DNA of 62,934 bases, filler included, from 6 parts of 6 records of this genome joined end to end with filler, not necessarily neighbours in it, one strand, 5' to 3'. Shown: positions 8,604 to 18,262, counted from the whole stretch's first letter. Notes: generated by a model from the sequence alone, not told the origin. A program made the numbers and translations.

Positions 8604-8712
8604 AAGCCTCTACGTTGAAAACATCGGTTATTATCCATTGCTGCTTTCTTGTTAACTTTAATCCAACAACTTATGAGGACCCAAACCTCCGTGAAAAGCC
8701 CAAACCGATAGT

Positions 8713-9090
8713 ATGACAAAAATTGTATCGACCCCCAATTGTGGAAATTCCCCAAAAATGGAGTTTTTAAAAAATTTCAATATTGCATTTGCCAAAGGGG
8801 ATGTAGCGTTTCTTGAGAAGAGCGTAACGGAGGATATTGTTTGGAACATAATTGGAGATAAAAAAATTGAAGGTCAACAACAGTTTATCGTTGAACTGGA
8901 AAAAATGAAAGAAGAGAAAACTTCTGAATTAATTCTTCATCAAGTAATGTCTCACGGTAAAGAAGGGGCCGTAAATGGAATTATTACCACAAAGAACAAC
9001 CAAAAATATGCCTTTTCAGATTTTTATATGTTCAAAGGGGCCAAAGGCGTCAAAATAAAATCCATAACTTCATACGTAATACAGGTTTAA
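8713..9090 (+). CDS. SnoaL/NTF2-like protein
   Basis: FNIAFAKGD...EDIVWNIIG...G NTF2-like pattern. Confidence 0.75.
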   Translation: MTKIVSTPNCGNSPKMEFLKNFNIAFAKGDVAFLEKSVTEDIVWNIIGDKKIEGQQQFIVELEKMKEEKTSELILHQVMSHGKEGAVNGIITTKNNQKYAFSDFYMFKGAKGVKIKSITSYVIQV

Positions 9091-9102
9091 TTATTAAGTA
9101 AT

Positions 9103-9471
9103 ATGAAAACCACACCGGAACATGATCAGCGAGTGGCAAAACTGACTTTTGCATCGGTATATCCGCACTATGTTACCAAGGTCGTAAAGAAAGGAAGAAC
9201 CGTAGAAGAGCTCGACGAAGTAATAACATGGTTAACTGGTTTTGACAAGAAAAAAATGGAAGAACTGATTGCTGAAAAGGCCACATTTGAAACCTTTTTT
9301 AATTTAGCGGAATTGAACCCTAATGCAGAACTGATAAAAGGTGTGATTTGCGGTTATCGCATTGAGGAAATTGAAAACCCCATCACTAGGCAAGTCAGAT
9401 ATTTGGATAAATTGGTAGATGAGCTCGCCAAGGGTAAAAAGATGGAGAAAATTCTTAGGACAGGTAATTAA
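9103..9471 (+). CDS. DUF2200 family protein
   Basis: [43 protein letters not shown]. Confidence 0.9.
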   Translation: MKTTPEHDQRVAKLTFASVYPHYVTKVVKKGRTVEELDEVITWLTGFDKKKMEELIAEKATFETFFNLAELNPNAELIKGVICGYRIEEIENPITRQVRYLDKLVDELAKGKKMEKILRTGN

Positions 9472-10143
9472 TTGACGCATAGATTCTATAGCAAAACCGA
9501 AAAAGAGCAAAGCTGGATTCTGATTTGGATTCTTCTGTTGGCCCTATTTGTCATAATTCTATCCTGTTGGTTGGCTTGGGTTTCCCAATTTTATTTTTTT
9601 GGTGTTATCGTCATTTTGGGCGTACTCACGCTGGTAGCCCCTTTCATTGATGTCCCGTCCATGAAAAAAAGCGGTAAACTTCGTTATCATTCATTATTGA
9701 TGCTCTCGGAAAAACCCAAAGACGGTGTTATCAAAATTCATGGAGGCACATTGTTCGACTATGTTTTTGTGATAGATAAAAAAATGACCAGGAATCAGCG
9801 GAAAACCTTTATTATTCAGCAATATGTGGAGGGATTGCTGAATCTACTTAAAAATACTGACTTGGAATCAAGTACCACGATACAGGGTACAAGCTATATC
9901 ATCAATAAAAGAACAGCACAGCGAATAGGTTTTGAAGTGGTGCCTACAGACCATCTCCAAAAATTTATTCTCGCCTACAATTATTTAAATGTACTGGTCA
10001 CCTACTCCATCGCCAAAGGAAAACTATCGTTCCCAAAAATAAACAAGACCATAACGTTCGAGGCAAACCTTAAAGATATTGGGCAAAAAAAAGATTTTTT
10101 AGTTACCTTGAATAAAAAGTTGAAAAGTGAAACAGGATTTTGA
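9472..10143 (+). CDS. Hypothetical membrane protein
   Basis: Two N-terminal hydrophobic helices. Directly abuts the upstream stop (TTG start, uncertain). Confidence 0.7.
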   Translation: MTHRFYSKTEKEQSWILIWILLLALFVIILSCWLAWVSQFYFFGVIVILGVLTLVAPFIDVPSMKKSGKLRYHSLLMLSEKPKDGVIKIHGGTLFDYVFVIDKKMTRNQRKTFIIQQYVEGLLNLLKNTDLESSTTIQGTSYIINKRTAQRIGFEVVPTDHLQKFILAYNYLNVLVTYSIAKGKLSFPKINKTITFEANLKDIGQKKDFLVTLNKKLKSETGF

Positions 10144-10182
10144 GTAATCCCAACAACACTTAAATATAAGCCTATTCAATCC

Positions 10183-10773
10183 TTGGAAAAATCCCATCAA
10201 CAATACCTCGAAGCCTACCTCCAATTATTTACGCATTTATCCTCCGAAGAACTGTCGCTCTTTCGCTCACAACTGTCAATAAAGGAGTATGCGAAAAAGG
10301 ATTTCTTTTTTGAGAGCGGGGAAATTCAAAAAAAAATGGGGTTCGTTTGCAAAGGATTGTTAAGGCGATACTACATCAACGAAAAAGGGAAAACCATTAC
10401 CACAGGGTTTGTGAAAGAAAATGAATATGCCACAGACTATCCGGCTTTTATACAGCAACGTCCCAGTAAATATTATATGGAATGTCTGGAACCCTGCATT
10501 ATAATTGAACTTGCCTATGATGATATCCAAGAGGGGTATACCAACTTTAAGAGTCACGAAAGGTATGGTCGTCTTATTGCCGAAAAGGTACTGACAATTC
10601 AAACTGATCGAGTAGAAAGCTTTCTTTTTGATACTGCTGAACAGCGCTATTTAAACTTTATAAAAGACAACCCTGGGTTGATAAATCGTATAAGTCTGAC
10701 ACATTTGTCCTCGTTTTTGGGTATTGAAAGACAATCATTGAGCAGAATACGAAGTAAAATCGCCAAAAAATAA
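10183..10773 (+). CDS. Crp/Fnr-family regulator
   Basis: cNMP-binding fold, AEQRYLNF, HLSSFLGIERQSLSRIR HTH. Confidence 0.9.
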   Translation: MEKSHQQYLEAYLQLFTHLSSEELSLFRSQLSIKEYAKKDFFFESGEIQKKMGFVCKGLLRRYYINEKGKTITTGFVKENEYATDYPAFIQQRPSKYYMECLEPCIIIELAYDDIQEGYTNFKSHERYGRLIAEKVLTIQTDRVESFLFDTAEQRYLNFIKDNPGLINRISLTHLSSFLGIERQSLSRIRSKIAKK

Positions 10774-10776
10774 GAT

Positions 10777-10792
10777 TGTCACATATGTGTCA
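10777..10792. promoter_or_regulatory. Palindromic Crp/Fnr-type operator
   Basis: TGTCACATATGTGTCA is one mismatch from a perfect 16-bp palindrome and lies between the regulator and the amidohydrolase. Confidence 0.55.
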
Positions 10793-10851
10793 GGTAGCAC
10801 CTAATATTCCTCTGCATCTTTGTTGCATCAAACAAAACAAAATTAATAATC

Positions 10852-12144
10852 ATGCTGAAGACACCATCTAACACATTAACTATATTCTTTTTCCTATTGG
10901 TAACCATTTCCACTTTAAGTCAAAATACCACTAAAAATATCCATACGGAAATTCAACAACATACCGAACAGATTTTTGATAGTTTGGTCAAAATAAGAAG
11001 GGACCTGCACATGTACCCCGAAGTAGGCGGAGAGGAAAAAAGAACATCGACAAAAATTGCCGAGTACTTAACGGAACTTGGGCTGGAGGTTAAAACAGGA
11101 ATTGGCGGTTATGGCGTTGTTGGCATATTAAAAGGTGTAAAACCTGGTAAAAAGATTGCTTGGCGGGCCGATATTGATGCAATGCCATCCAAATCTCCCG
11201 ACGTAGTTGACTTTCCATCAAAACATGAGGGAGTAAGGCACATTTGTGGTCACGATGTACACACAGCGGTCGCCCTTGGCATTGCAAATACTTTGGTACA
11301 GCAAAAAGAGGATTTAGAGGGAACAGTATATTTTGTATTTCAGCCATCTGAAGAAAATATAAAAGGCGCTCTGGCCATGATGGACGATGGCTTGTTCGAT
11401 ATGATTCAGCCTGAGGAAATGTACGCCATGCACGTTACCCCATTCCCCGCAGGCACTATTGCCGCTAAACCTGAGGAAATGTTTTCGGATTATAAAAAAG
11501 TAGACCTTCTTTTTAAGAAAGGTAATAATAAGGATGGGTTGTTCGAATTTGCAAAGCAAGCAATCTTATCCCTTGAAAACGTCTCTCCCGAAAGTAAATT
11601 CTGGGATATGCAGAACATGGGTGACCCAGAAATAGGAATCGCTGGAACAAAATCCATTTACAAAAATTATACTACGGTTGACAAAAATAATTTTTCAATT
11701 AAGGAAACCAATGATGGTGTAAAAATCAGTGGTTTTATAAGTTTTAGTGACAAAAAACAACGAGATGCCGCCATTCCTTCTCTAAAAAAGAAGATAGCAG
11801 ATTCTGAATTTGCGGAAGATTTTAGTGCCGGCGAACTTGTAAACGTCTTCCCTACCCTTGACAACAATGAAAGATTGGTCAATGAGAGTTTGGACCAATT
11901 ATCGGATATCTATGGGGAGAACAGAGTGCTTCGTTTACATGGGGTTGTAGCTGACGGTCGTAGTGATGACTTCGCATTTTTTCAACCCAAAGTACCAAGT
12001 GTATACTTTTTTATGGGGGGATCCAATTACGAAAAAGGTATCATTGCACAAACGCATTCACCCAATTTTGCAGTGGATGAAAGCTGTATAAAAACAGGCG
12101 TGAATTTGTTTTCGTCCTTGATTGTTGAAAGATTGAATCCATAA
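10852..12144 (+). CDS. Exported M20-family amidohydrolase
   Basis: RRDLHMYPE, WRADIDAM, HICGHDVH, FQPSEE, DDFAFF, HSPNF, signal peptide. Confidence 0.9.
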   Translation: MLKTPSNTLTIFFFLLVTISTLSQNTTKNIHTEIQQHTEQIFDSLVKIRRDLHMYPEVGGEEKRTSTKIAEYLTELGLEVKTGIGGYGVVGILKGVKPGKKIAWRADIDAMPSKSPDVVDFPSKHEGVRHICGHDVHTAVALGIANTLVQQKEDLEGTVYFVFQPSEENIKGALAMMDDGLFDMIQPEEMYAMHVTPFPAGTIAAKPEEMFSDYKKVDLLFKKGNNKDGLFEFAKQAILSLENVSPESKFWDMQNMGDPEIGIAGTKSIYKNYTTVDKNNFSIKETNDGVKISGFISFSDKKQRDAAIPSLKKKIADSEFAEDFSAGELVNVFPTLDNNERLVNESLDQLSDIYGENRVLRLHGVVADGRSDDFAFFQPKVPSVYFFMGGSNYEKGIIAQTHSPNFAVDESCIKTGVNLFSSLIVERLNP

Positions 12145-12234
12145 ACCTAAATGTTGGCTTAAATAGTGCCAGACATCTAATAATATTGTGGGTCAGCCTT
12201 CTTTTTGATAGCTTTATTGTATCAACCATTAGCT

Positions 12235-13059
12235 ATGAAGAAGAATACGCTGACCTTAACCGTTACCATTCTATCGATATTTAGTTGTTTTGGACAAAGT
12301 TCAGATTTTGTCGGGACTTTCGTTAATGGGTCCAATAGCATTTCAATTCAGTTTAAACGTGTTGGTGATGAGTATCATGGTTTGCTTGCTGCAGTAGGTG
12401 CCAGCTTTGCCATTAGGGCCACAGGATCGTTCAATAAATTAAATGGTGAAATATATGGATTGGATGGTCCTGAGGATTTCGAGGCCACATTGTCAGGAAC
12501 CAACATGAAGGTTCGCGCAACTGGATATAACGAGCCATTTTATAAATACTCGGACCTACATAATCTCGGTGGTTTTGATTTGACATCTTACATGAAGAAC
12601 AACAGTGGGCCAGCTAATACTATCAGTACTCAATTAACCGAAATCTCCCCTGCTGAGATTGTAAATGACCAATATCCAGAATTGGACAATCAAGGTTTAC
12701 TGAACATAATTTCTGGAAGTCAGTTGGTGTTTTATCAGCGAACTTCCAATGTAAACGATAGCATGGCCAGTTCCATTACTTATGTAAATTTTTGTGACAA
12801 TGGCACTTTTTCCATGAACATGGATGGTTCGTTCAGTGTGGAAGATGATTATGACGGAAATGTCCAAGCAGCTTCCTACAGAAACAGTTCGGGAACTTGG
12901 CTACTGGTTTCCTACCAAGGGTCGCCCGCAGTTTATCTGCAATACTACAATGGTGATACCAGCTTAAATCTTTTTAATGAAAACGAGGTCCGGCAAGGCA
13001 GGTGGCGCCGAGGCAACACCCAATACGCATTGCAGCGGAACAAAGTCCGCTGCAATTAA
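12235..13059 (+). CDS. Secreted hypothetical protein
   Basis: MKKNTLTLTVTILSIFSCFG signal peptide and a beta-rich mature part. Start placed at ATG 12235. Confidence 0.7.
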   Translation: MKKNTLTLTVTILSIFSCFGQSSDFVGTFVNGSNSISIQFKRVGDEYHGLLAAVGASFAIRATGSFNKLNGEIYGLDGPEDFEATLSGTNMKVRATGYNEPFYKYSDLHNLGGFDLTSYMKNNSGPANTISTQLTEISPAEIVNDQYPELDNQGLLNIISGSQLVFYQRTSNVNDSMASSITYVNFCDNGTFSMNMDGSFSVEDDYDGNVQAASYRNSSGTWLLVSYQGSPAVYLQYYNGDTSLNLFNENEVRQGRWRRGNTQYALQRNKVRCN

Positions 13060-13093
13060 TATTATATTAGAAATATTGTAATGGGGACATTAT

Positions 13094-14353
13094 TTATTCT
13101 CCCATTGCCGCGGCAACAGCTGCAGAAAGTCTTTTATAGGTTCCATTCTCCAAACGCTCTCTAATAGAAGAGAACGCATCAAGGGTCTCTTCGATATCTT
13201 TCATCGTATGTGTCGCTGTTGGAATCAAACGAAGTAGAATCAATCCTTTTGGAATTACCGGATATACCACTATGGAACAGAAAATCCCATGGTTTTCACG
13301 CAAATCCTTCACCAAGGCCATTGCTTCTGGAATGCTACCGTTCAGATAAACAGGAGTCACACAACTGGTGGTGGTTCCTATATCAAAACCTCTTTCTTTC
13401 AATCCATTTTGAAGTGCGTTCACGTTCTCCCAAAGCTTAGCTTTAAGCTCTGGCATGGTACGCAACATATCAAGCCTTTTCAATGCTCCTTTTACGTATA
13501 CCATCGGTAACGATTTGGCGAACATTTGAGACCTTAGGTTATATTTTAAATACTCAATAATCTCTTTATCTGCGGCCACAAAGGCTCCAATACCTGCCAT
13601 GGATTTGGCAAAAGTGGCCAAGTACACGTCAATGTCATCTTGTACGCCTTGCTCCTCTCCTGCCCCTGCTCCTGTTTTACCCAGCGTACCAAATCCATGA
13701 GCATCATCAACCAACAATCTAAACAGGAACTTTTTCTTAAGGGCAACGATTTCTTTCAAAATTCCTTGCTCGCCGCGCATACCAAAAACACCTTCGGAAA
13801 TCACTAAGATTCCTCCTCCGGTTTCATTGGCCAATTTGGTAGCACGCTCCAAGTTTTTCTCCAAACTGTCAGGGTCGTTGTGCTTAAAGGTGAAACGCTT
13901 GCCCATATGCAAACGAACACCATCTATAATACAAGCGTGGCAATCCACGTCATAAACAATAATATCATCTTTGGAGACCAAAGCATCGATTACCGACATA
14001 AAGCCCTGATATCCAAAATTTAATAGGTAAGAAGCCTCCTTTTTTACGAATTCTGCCAATTCGTTCTGTAGTTGTTCGTGATAATCGGTGTGACCGCTCA
14101 TCATTCGGGCACCCATTGGGTAAGCAGCTCCATGCTCCATGGCAGCTTCCCCGTCCACTTTTTTGATTTCAGGTAGATTGGCGAGGCCCAGATAGTCATT
14201 GATACTCCACGTTATCACGTCCTTTCCTTGAAACTTCATTCTGTTGGAAATGGGTCCTTCCAATTTCGGGAAAACAAAATAGCCTTCTGCCTGCGAAGCC
14301 CATTTTCCCAAAGGTCCTTTGTTCTCAATGATTCTATCGAATAAATCTCTCAT
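13094..14353 (-). CDS. PLP alpha-oxoamine synthase, probable cysteate acyltransferase for sulfonolipid/capnine synthesis (CapB/SulA type)
   Basis: GYFVFPKLEG, NDYLGL, MGARMMSG, HACIIDG, DDAHG, TFAKS (PLP Lys). Adjacent to a cysteine-synthase-family gene. Confidence 0.8.
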   Translation of the reverse strand: MRDLFDRIIENKGPLGKWASQAEGYFVFPKLEGPISNRMKFQGKDVITWSINDYLGLANLPEIKKVDGEAAMEHGAAYPMGARMMSGHTDYHEQLQNELAEFVKKEASYLLNFGYQGFMSVIDALVSKDDIIVYDVDCHACIIDGVRLHMGKRFTFKHNDPDSLEKNLERATKLANETGGGILVISEGVFGMRGEQGILKEIVALKKKFLFRLLVDDAHGFGTLGKTGAGAGEEQGVQDDIDVYLATFAKSMAGIGAFVAADKEIIEYLKYNLRSQMFAKSLPMVYVKGALKRLDMLRTMPELKAKLWENVNALQNGLKERGFDIGTTTSCVTPVYLNGSIPEAMALVKDLRENHGIFCSIVVYPVIPKGLILLRLIPTATHTMKDIEETLDAFSSIRERLENGTYKRLSAAVAAAMGE

Positions 14354-14376
14354 CTACCTTAATATTAATTCATCTG

Positions 14377-14384
14377 CAAAAGTA
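14377..14384 (-). promoter_or_regulatory. Bacteroidetes -7 promoter element (TACTTTTG)
   Basis: Matches TAnnTTTG on the minus strand, about 24 nt upstream of the ATG at 14353. Confidence 0.55.
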
Positions 14385-14422
14385 TATATTTTTATGAACC
14401 TTCCATAAAGAATTATGAACAT

Positions 14423-14452
14423 AAAAAAACGGCAATGGAAAACATTGCCGTT
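14423..14452 (-). terminator. Intrinsic terminator
   Basis: Stem AACGGCAATG/CATTGCCGTT, 5-nt loop, followed by a T-run on the minus strand, downstream of the stop at 14477. Confidence 0.8.
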
Positions 14453-14476
14453 CATGAGGTATTATAGGGTACTGGT

Positions 14477-15517
14477 TTATTTAATGTACTTGATTTCTTC
14501 TGGAACCTCGGCATTTTGAATATCAAAAAAGCCTTGGTTTTCCATCCATTCGTTGCTGTATACCTTGCTCATATACCTTGAACCGTGGTCAGGGAAAACT
14601 ACTACAACATTGCTGTCCTCCGTGAATTCCCCTTCAGTATTCAATTGATACAATGCCTGGGTGGCGGCACCACTGGTATAACCTGCAAAAATACCTTCGG
14701 TATGGGCCAATTTACGGGCCATGTGGGCACTTTCGCCATCGGTTACCTTTACATATCTATCAATTGCGTTGAAATCTGTAGCTGCTGGAATCAAGTTCTT
14801 GCCCAAACCTTCAATTCGGTAGGGATATACTTCATTATGATCAAACTCACCAGTTTCATGATATTTTTTCAAAACGGAACCATAGGCATCAACCCCTAAA
14901 ATCTTTATGTTAGGATTCTGCTCCTTAAGATAGCGAGCAATACCTGAGATTGTTCCACCTGTTCCGCTACAAGCCACTAAATGGGTAATCTGACCGTTGG
15001 TCTGTTCCCAAATTTCCGGTCCTGTACTGGAATAATGTGCATCTATGTTCAACTCGTTAAAATATTGGTTGATATAGATGGAATTTGGTGTTTCGCCATG
15101 CAAACGCTTGGCCACTTCGTAATAGGAACGTGGGTCGTCCGCACTAACATGGGCCGGACAAACATAAACATTGGCTCCCATGGAACGCAACATATCTATT
15201 TTATCCGGAGATGATTTTGAACTTACGGCCAAAATACATTTGTATCCTTTAACAATACTGACCATAGCTATACTAAAGCCAGTATTACCGGATGTGGTCT
15301 CGATAATCGTACTACCCGGCTTAAGAATACCTTTACGCTCGGCTTCTTCTATAATATGAATTGCAATTCTATCTTTTGAAGAGTGTCCGGGGTTAAAGCA
15401 TTCCAGTTTAGCATAAAAATTTCCTGTAAGCGGGGCGGTAATTTTGTTAAGCTTGACTAAGGGGGTACTTCCAATTAGGTCTAGAATATTGCTGTGCGCA
15501 TTTATCTGTTTCTTCAT
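14477..15517 (-). CDS. PLP cysteine synthase/CBS-family enzyme, probable cysteate synthase (CapA type)
   Basis: [38 protein letters not shown]. Start placed at MKKQIN (ORF extends to 15541). TACATTTG -7 element at 15571-15578. Confidence 0.78.
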   Translation of the reverse strand: MKKQINAHSNILDLIGSTPLVKLNKITAPLTGNFYAKLECFNPGHSSKDRIAIHIIEEAERKGILKPGSTIIETTSGNTGFSIAMVSIVKGYKCILAVSSKSSPDKIDMLRSMGANVYVCPAHVSADDPRSYYEVAKRLHGETPNSIYINQYFNELNIDAHYSSTGPEIWEQTNGQITHLVACSGTGGTISGIARYLKEQNPNIKILGVDAYGSVLKKYHETGEFDHNEVYPYRIEGLGKNLIPAATDFNAIDRYVKVTDGESAHMARKLAHTEGIFAGYTSGAATQALYQLNTEGEFTEDSNVVVVFPDHGSRYMSKVYSNEWMENQGFFDIQNAEVPEEIKYIK

Positions 15518-15589
15518 AACTGGTATTAGGTAGGGGAACAATTCTTATTTAAAAAAGTAATTGTTCCGTGCAAATGTAACATTTTATTT

Positions 15590-17728
15590 TTAAAGGGCTT
15601 TTCCTTCGAGATCTAAAATGAAGGCATATTCCTTTGCTGTTTCCTTTAAGGCTTCAAATCTTCCAGAAGCTCCACCGTGTCCCGCATCCATATTGGTGTC
15701 CAAGAACAACAAATTATCGCCTGCTTTATATTCTCTTAATTTGGCCACCCACTTGGCTGGCTCCCAATATTGCACCTGGGAGTCGTGCAAGCCTGTGGAT
15801 ACATATAAATGCGGATAATTTTTGGCCTCTACATTGTCATATGGGGAGTAAGACTTAATGTAATCGTAGTATTCCTTTTCGTTCGGATTGCCCCATTCAT
15901 CATACTCACCTGTTGTCAACGGAATGGTATCATCCAGCATCGTTGTAACCACATCCACAAAGGGTACGGAAGCAATTACACCATGGTAGAGTTCAGGTTC
16001 CATATTAATGATAGCCCCCATCAGCAATCCACCCGCGGAGCCTCCCATAGCGTATAAATGCTCTGAACTGGTATATTTTTGGTCTATCAAAAACTTGGAA
16101 ACATCAATAAAATCTGTAAAGGTGTTCTTTTTGTGCAACAATTTGCCATCTTCGTACCAAGGTCTTCCCAAATATTCACCTCCTCTTATATGCGCTATGG
16201 CATAAATAAATCCTCTATCCAATAAACTCAATCGAATCGAAGAAAAATAAGGGTCGATTGTAGCACCATAGGAACCATAACCGTATTGCAACAACGGACT
16301 GGTGCCATCCAACGGCGTATCTTTATGATAGATTATAGAAATGGGCACTTTTTTTCCGTCCCTTGCGGTCGCCCACAAACGTTCTGTTTTGTAGTTGTCC
16401 TTATCAAACTTTCCTCCCAAAACCTCTTGTTGCTTCATAACGGTTTTGGTTTGGGTTTCCATGTCAAAATCGATAATGGCATAAGGCTCCCCCATTTCAT
16501 TGTAATAATAACGTAGTACGTTGGTATCAAAATCCAAGTTGACGGAAGGGCCGGCCACATAGGTCTCACTATCAAAGGGAAGGTAATAACTATCGGAACC
16601 ATCCCATTTGGCAATTTTCATTTGGTTGAGCCCATTGTTACGCTCGGTTACTACATAATAGTCACGAAAAATCTCTACATCCTCCAACAAAACATCCTCT
16701 TGGTGCGGGATAAACTCCTTCCAATGTTCCGATGATGTATCGTTTTCATTAGTTTTCATCAACTTAAAGTTAGTTGCGCCATCCTTGTTGGTCAACACAT
16801 AAAAATCTCCTTCAAAATGAGAGATGGAATACTCCACTCCTTTTTCTCGCGGTGAAAATATTTTAAATTCCCCTTCGGGATTATCCGCATTCAAAATCCT
16901 GTATTCGGAAGTCAATGTACTACCTGAGCCAATCACAATATATTTTCTGGACTTGGTCTTGTACACAAACGTGTTATAGGTGGAATCCTTCTCATGAAAA
17001 ACCAATTCGTCTTCCCCGGAAGAGGATCCCAAAACATGCTTAAAAATTTTATCTGAACGCAAGGTTACCGGGTCTTTCTTGGTGTAAAAAAGCGTCTTGT
17101 TATCGTTGGTCCATACAGAGCTTCCCGTTGTATTTTCAATAATATCCGGATATATCTCCCCCGATTCAAGATTTTTAATCTGGATATTGTACTGCCTTCT
17201 AGAAATGGTATCCGTACCAAAAGCAGCCATGGTATTATCGGGGCTGATGGAAACACCTCTTAAGTTGAAAAATTCATGATTCTTCGCCATTTCGTTGCAA
17301 TCGAACAACAATTCCTCTTCAGCTTCAAGGCTTTCCTTCTTTCTTGAATAAATTGGATACTCTTTGCCCTCTTCGTATCGGGTAATGTACCAATAACCAT
17401 CCAATTTATAAGGAACCGAAGAATCATCTTCCTTTATTCTTCCCTTCATTTCCTTAAAAAGTTCGTCTTGGAACTTTTGGGTATGGGCCGTCATTTTTTG
17501 GAAATATTCGTTCTCAGCGTTCAGGTAATCAAGAACCTGCTGGTCTTCCCTATTGTTCATCCAATAGTAATCATCGATTCGCACATCGCCATGCTTTTCA
17601 AGTTGCGTTGGATGTTTAGGGGCCACAGGGGGTGTTATGTTCATGGATTTGTCTTTGTTGTTTTTGCAAGCGGTCGCAAAAATAAGGCATAAAACCAGAA
17701 TAGAAATTCTTGAATTGATTAGTTTCAT
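15590..17728 (-). CDS. ptrB: Oligopeptidase B (S9A), lipoprotein-type signal
   Basis: HGDVRIDDYYW, GYGSYG, GGSAGGLL, HDSQVQYWEPAKW, GHGGASGR, FATAC lipobox. Start placed at 17728. Confidence 0.92.
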   Translation of the reverse strand: MKLINSRISILVLCLIFATACKNNKDKSMNITPPVAPKHPTQLEKHGDVRIDDYYWMNNREDQQVLDYLNAENEYFQKMTAHTQKFQDELFKEMKGRIKEDDSSVPYKLDGYWYITRYEEGKEYPIYSRKKESLEAEEELLFDCNEMAKNHEFFNLRGVSISPDNTMAAFGTDTISRRQYNIQIKNLESGEIYPDIIENTTGSSVWTNDNKTLFYTKKDPVTLRSDKIFKHVLGSSSGEDELVFHEKDSTYNTFVYKTKSRKYIVIGSGSTLTSEYRILNADNPEGEFKIFSPREKGVEYSISHFEGDFYVLTNKDGATNFKLMKTNENDTSSEHWKEFIPHQEDVLLEDVEIFRDYYVVTERNNGLNQMKIAKWDGSDSYYLPFDSETYVAGPSVNLDFDTNVLRYYYNEMGEPYAIIDFDMETQTKTVMKQQEVLGGKFDKDNYKTERLWATARDGKKVPISIIYHKDTPLDGTSPLLQYGYGSYGATIDPYFSSIRLSLLDRGFIYAIAHIRGGEYLGRPWYEDGKLLHKKNTFTDFIDVSKFLIDQKYTSSEHLYAMGGSAGGLLMGAIINMEPELYHGVIASVPFVDVVTTMLDDTIPLTTGEYDEWGNPNEKEYYDYIKSYSPYDNVEAKNYPHLYVSTGLHDSQVQYWEPAKWVAKLREYKAGDNLLFLDTNMDAGHGGASGRFEALKETAKEYAFILDLEGKAL

Positions 17729-17791
17729 GGGATAGTGTTTTAGCCAATTTACTACTTTTGACCTTACCTTTTGCAATCTTTAATGTTTTGA

Positions 17792-17841
17792 GTCATCCTG
17801 AGCGCCGTCGAAGCGTGAATGTCTGGACATCGCTCGACATA
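17792..17841. repeat. REP-like intergenic palindromic element
   Basis: GTCATCCTGAGCGCCGTCGAAG followed by a degenerate inverted copy (TCTGGACATCGCTCGACAT). GC-rich patch in AT-rich intergenic DNA. Confidence 0.5.
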
Positions 17842-17881
17842 TAGCTGCATTGAAAAAATATGAAAACTAAAAATTGAAACT

Positions 17882-17910
17882 ATGTTTGGAGATTTAATGG
17901 GAATGATGGG
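17882..17910 (+). CDS. YbaB/EbfC nucleoid-associated protein, N-terminal fragment (contig end)
   Basis: MFGDLMGMM(G) matches my recollection of the flavobacterial YbaB/EbfC N-terminus. Only 10 codons are visible. Confidence 0.55.
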
Positions 17911-18010
17911 NNNNNNNNNNNNNNNNNNNNNNNNNNNNNNNNNNNNNNNNNNNNTTAATTAATTAANNNNNNNNNNNNNNNNNNNNNNNNNNNNNNNNNN
18001 NNNNNNNNNN
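17911..18010. other. Artificial contig spacer
   Basis: N44-TTAATTAATTAA-N44. GC content jumps across it. Confidence 0.99.
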
Positions 18011-18262
18011 CATCAGGGGAGCACCCGCAAAGGGGCTTGGCTCTGTTTTTCGGGCATTCTCACCCAGGAGGACGACATTGTCTTCCTTCGGCTTGTCCTC
18101 GAAGTCGCCCTTGTGCCCCTCAACCGGGCGGCGCGTCTTCTCCTCGCGCGGGGATTGTTCATGGCCCATGCGTCGGCCCAGCACACTGCGAAGCCTGAGG
18201 AAAATAAATCCGGCAACTGCTGCGAGCAATATAATGTCCAGGAACTGAAATCCGTTGTCCAT
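18011..18262 (-). CDS. Tim44/TimA-family protein, N-terminal part (truncated by the gap)
   Basis: DIILLAAVAGFIFLRLRSVLGRRMGHE. Divergent from fxsA, as usual in Alphaproteobacteria. Confidence 0.85.

Noticed and set aside
1-8700. Intergenic repeats read as a CRISPR array
   Set aside because: The copies are degenerate and separated by whole genes rather than 30-40 nt spacers, and no cas genes are present.
1-17910. Integron integrase or transposase for the cassette array
   Set aside because: No ORF with tyrosine-recombinase (R-H-x-x-R-Y) or DDE motifs is visible, so a complete integron cannot be claimed.
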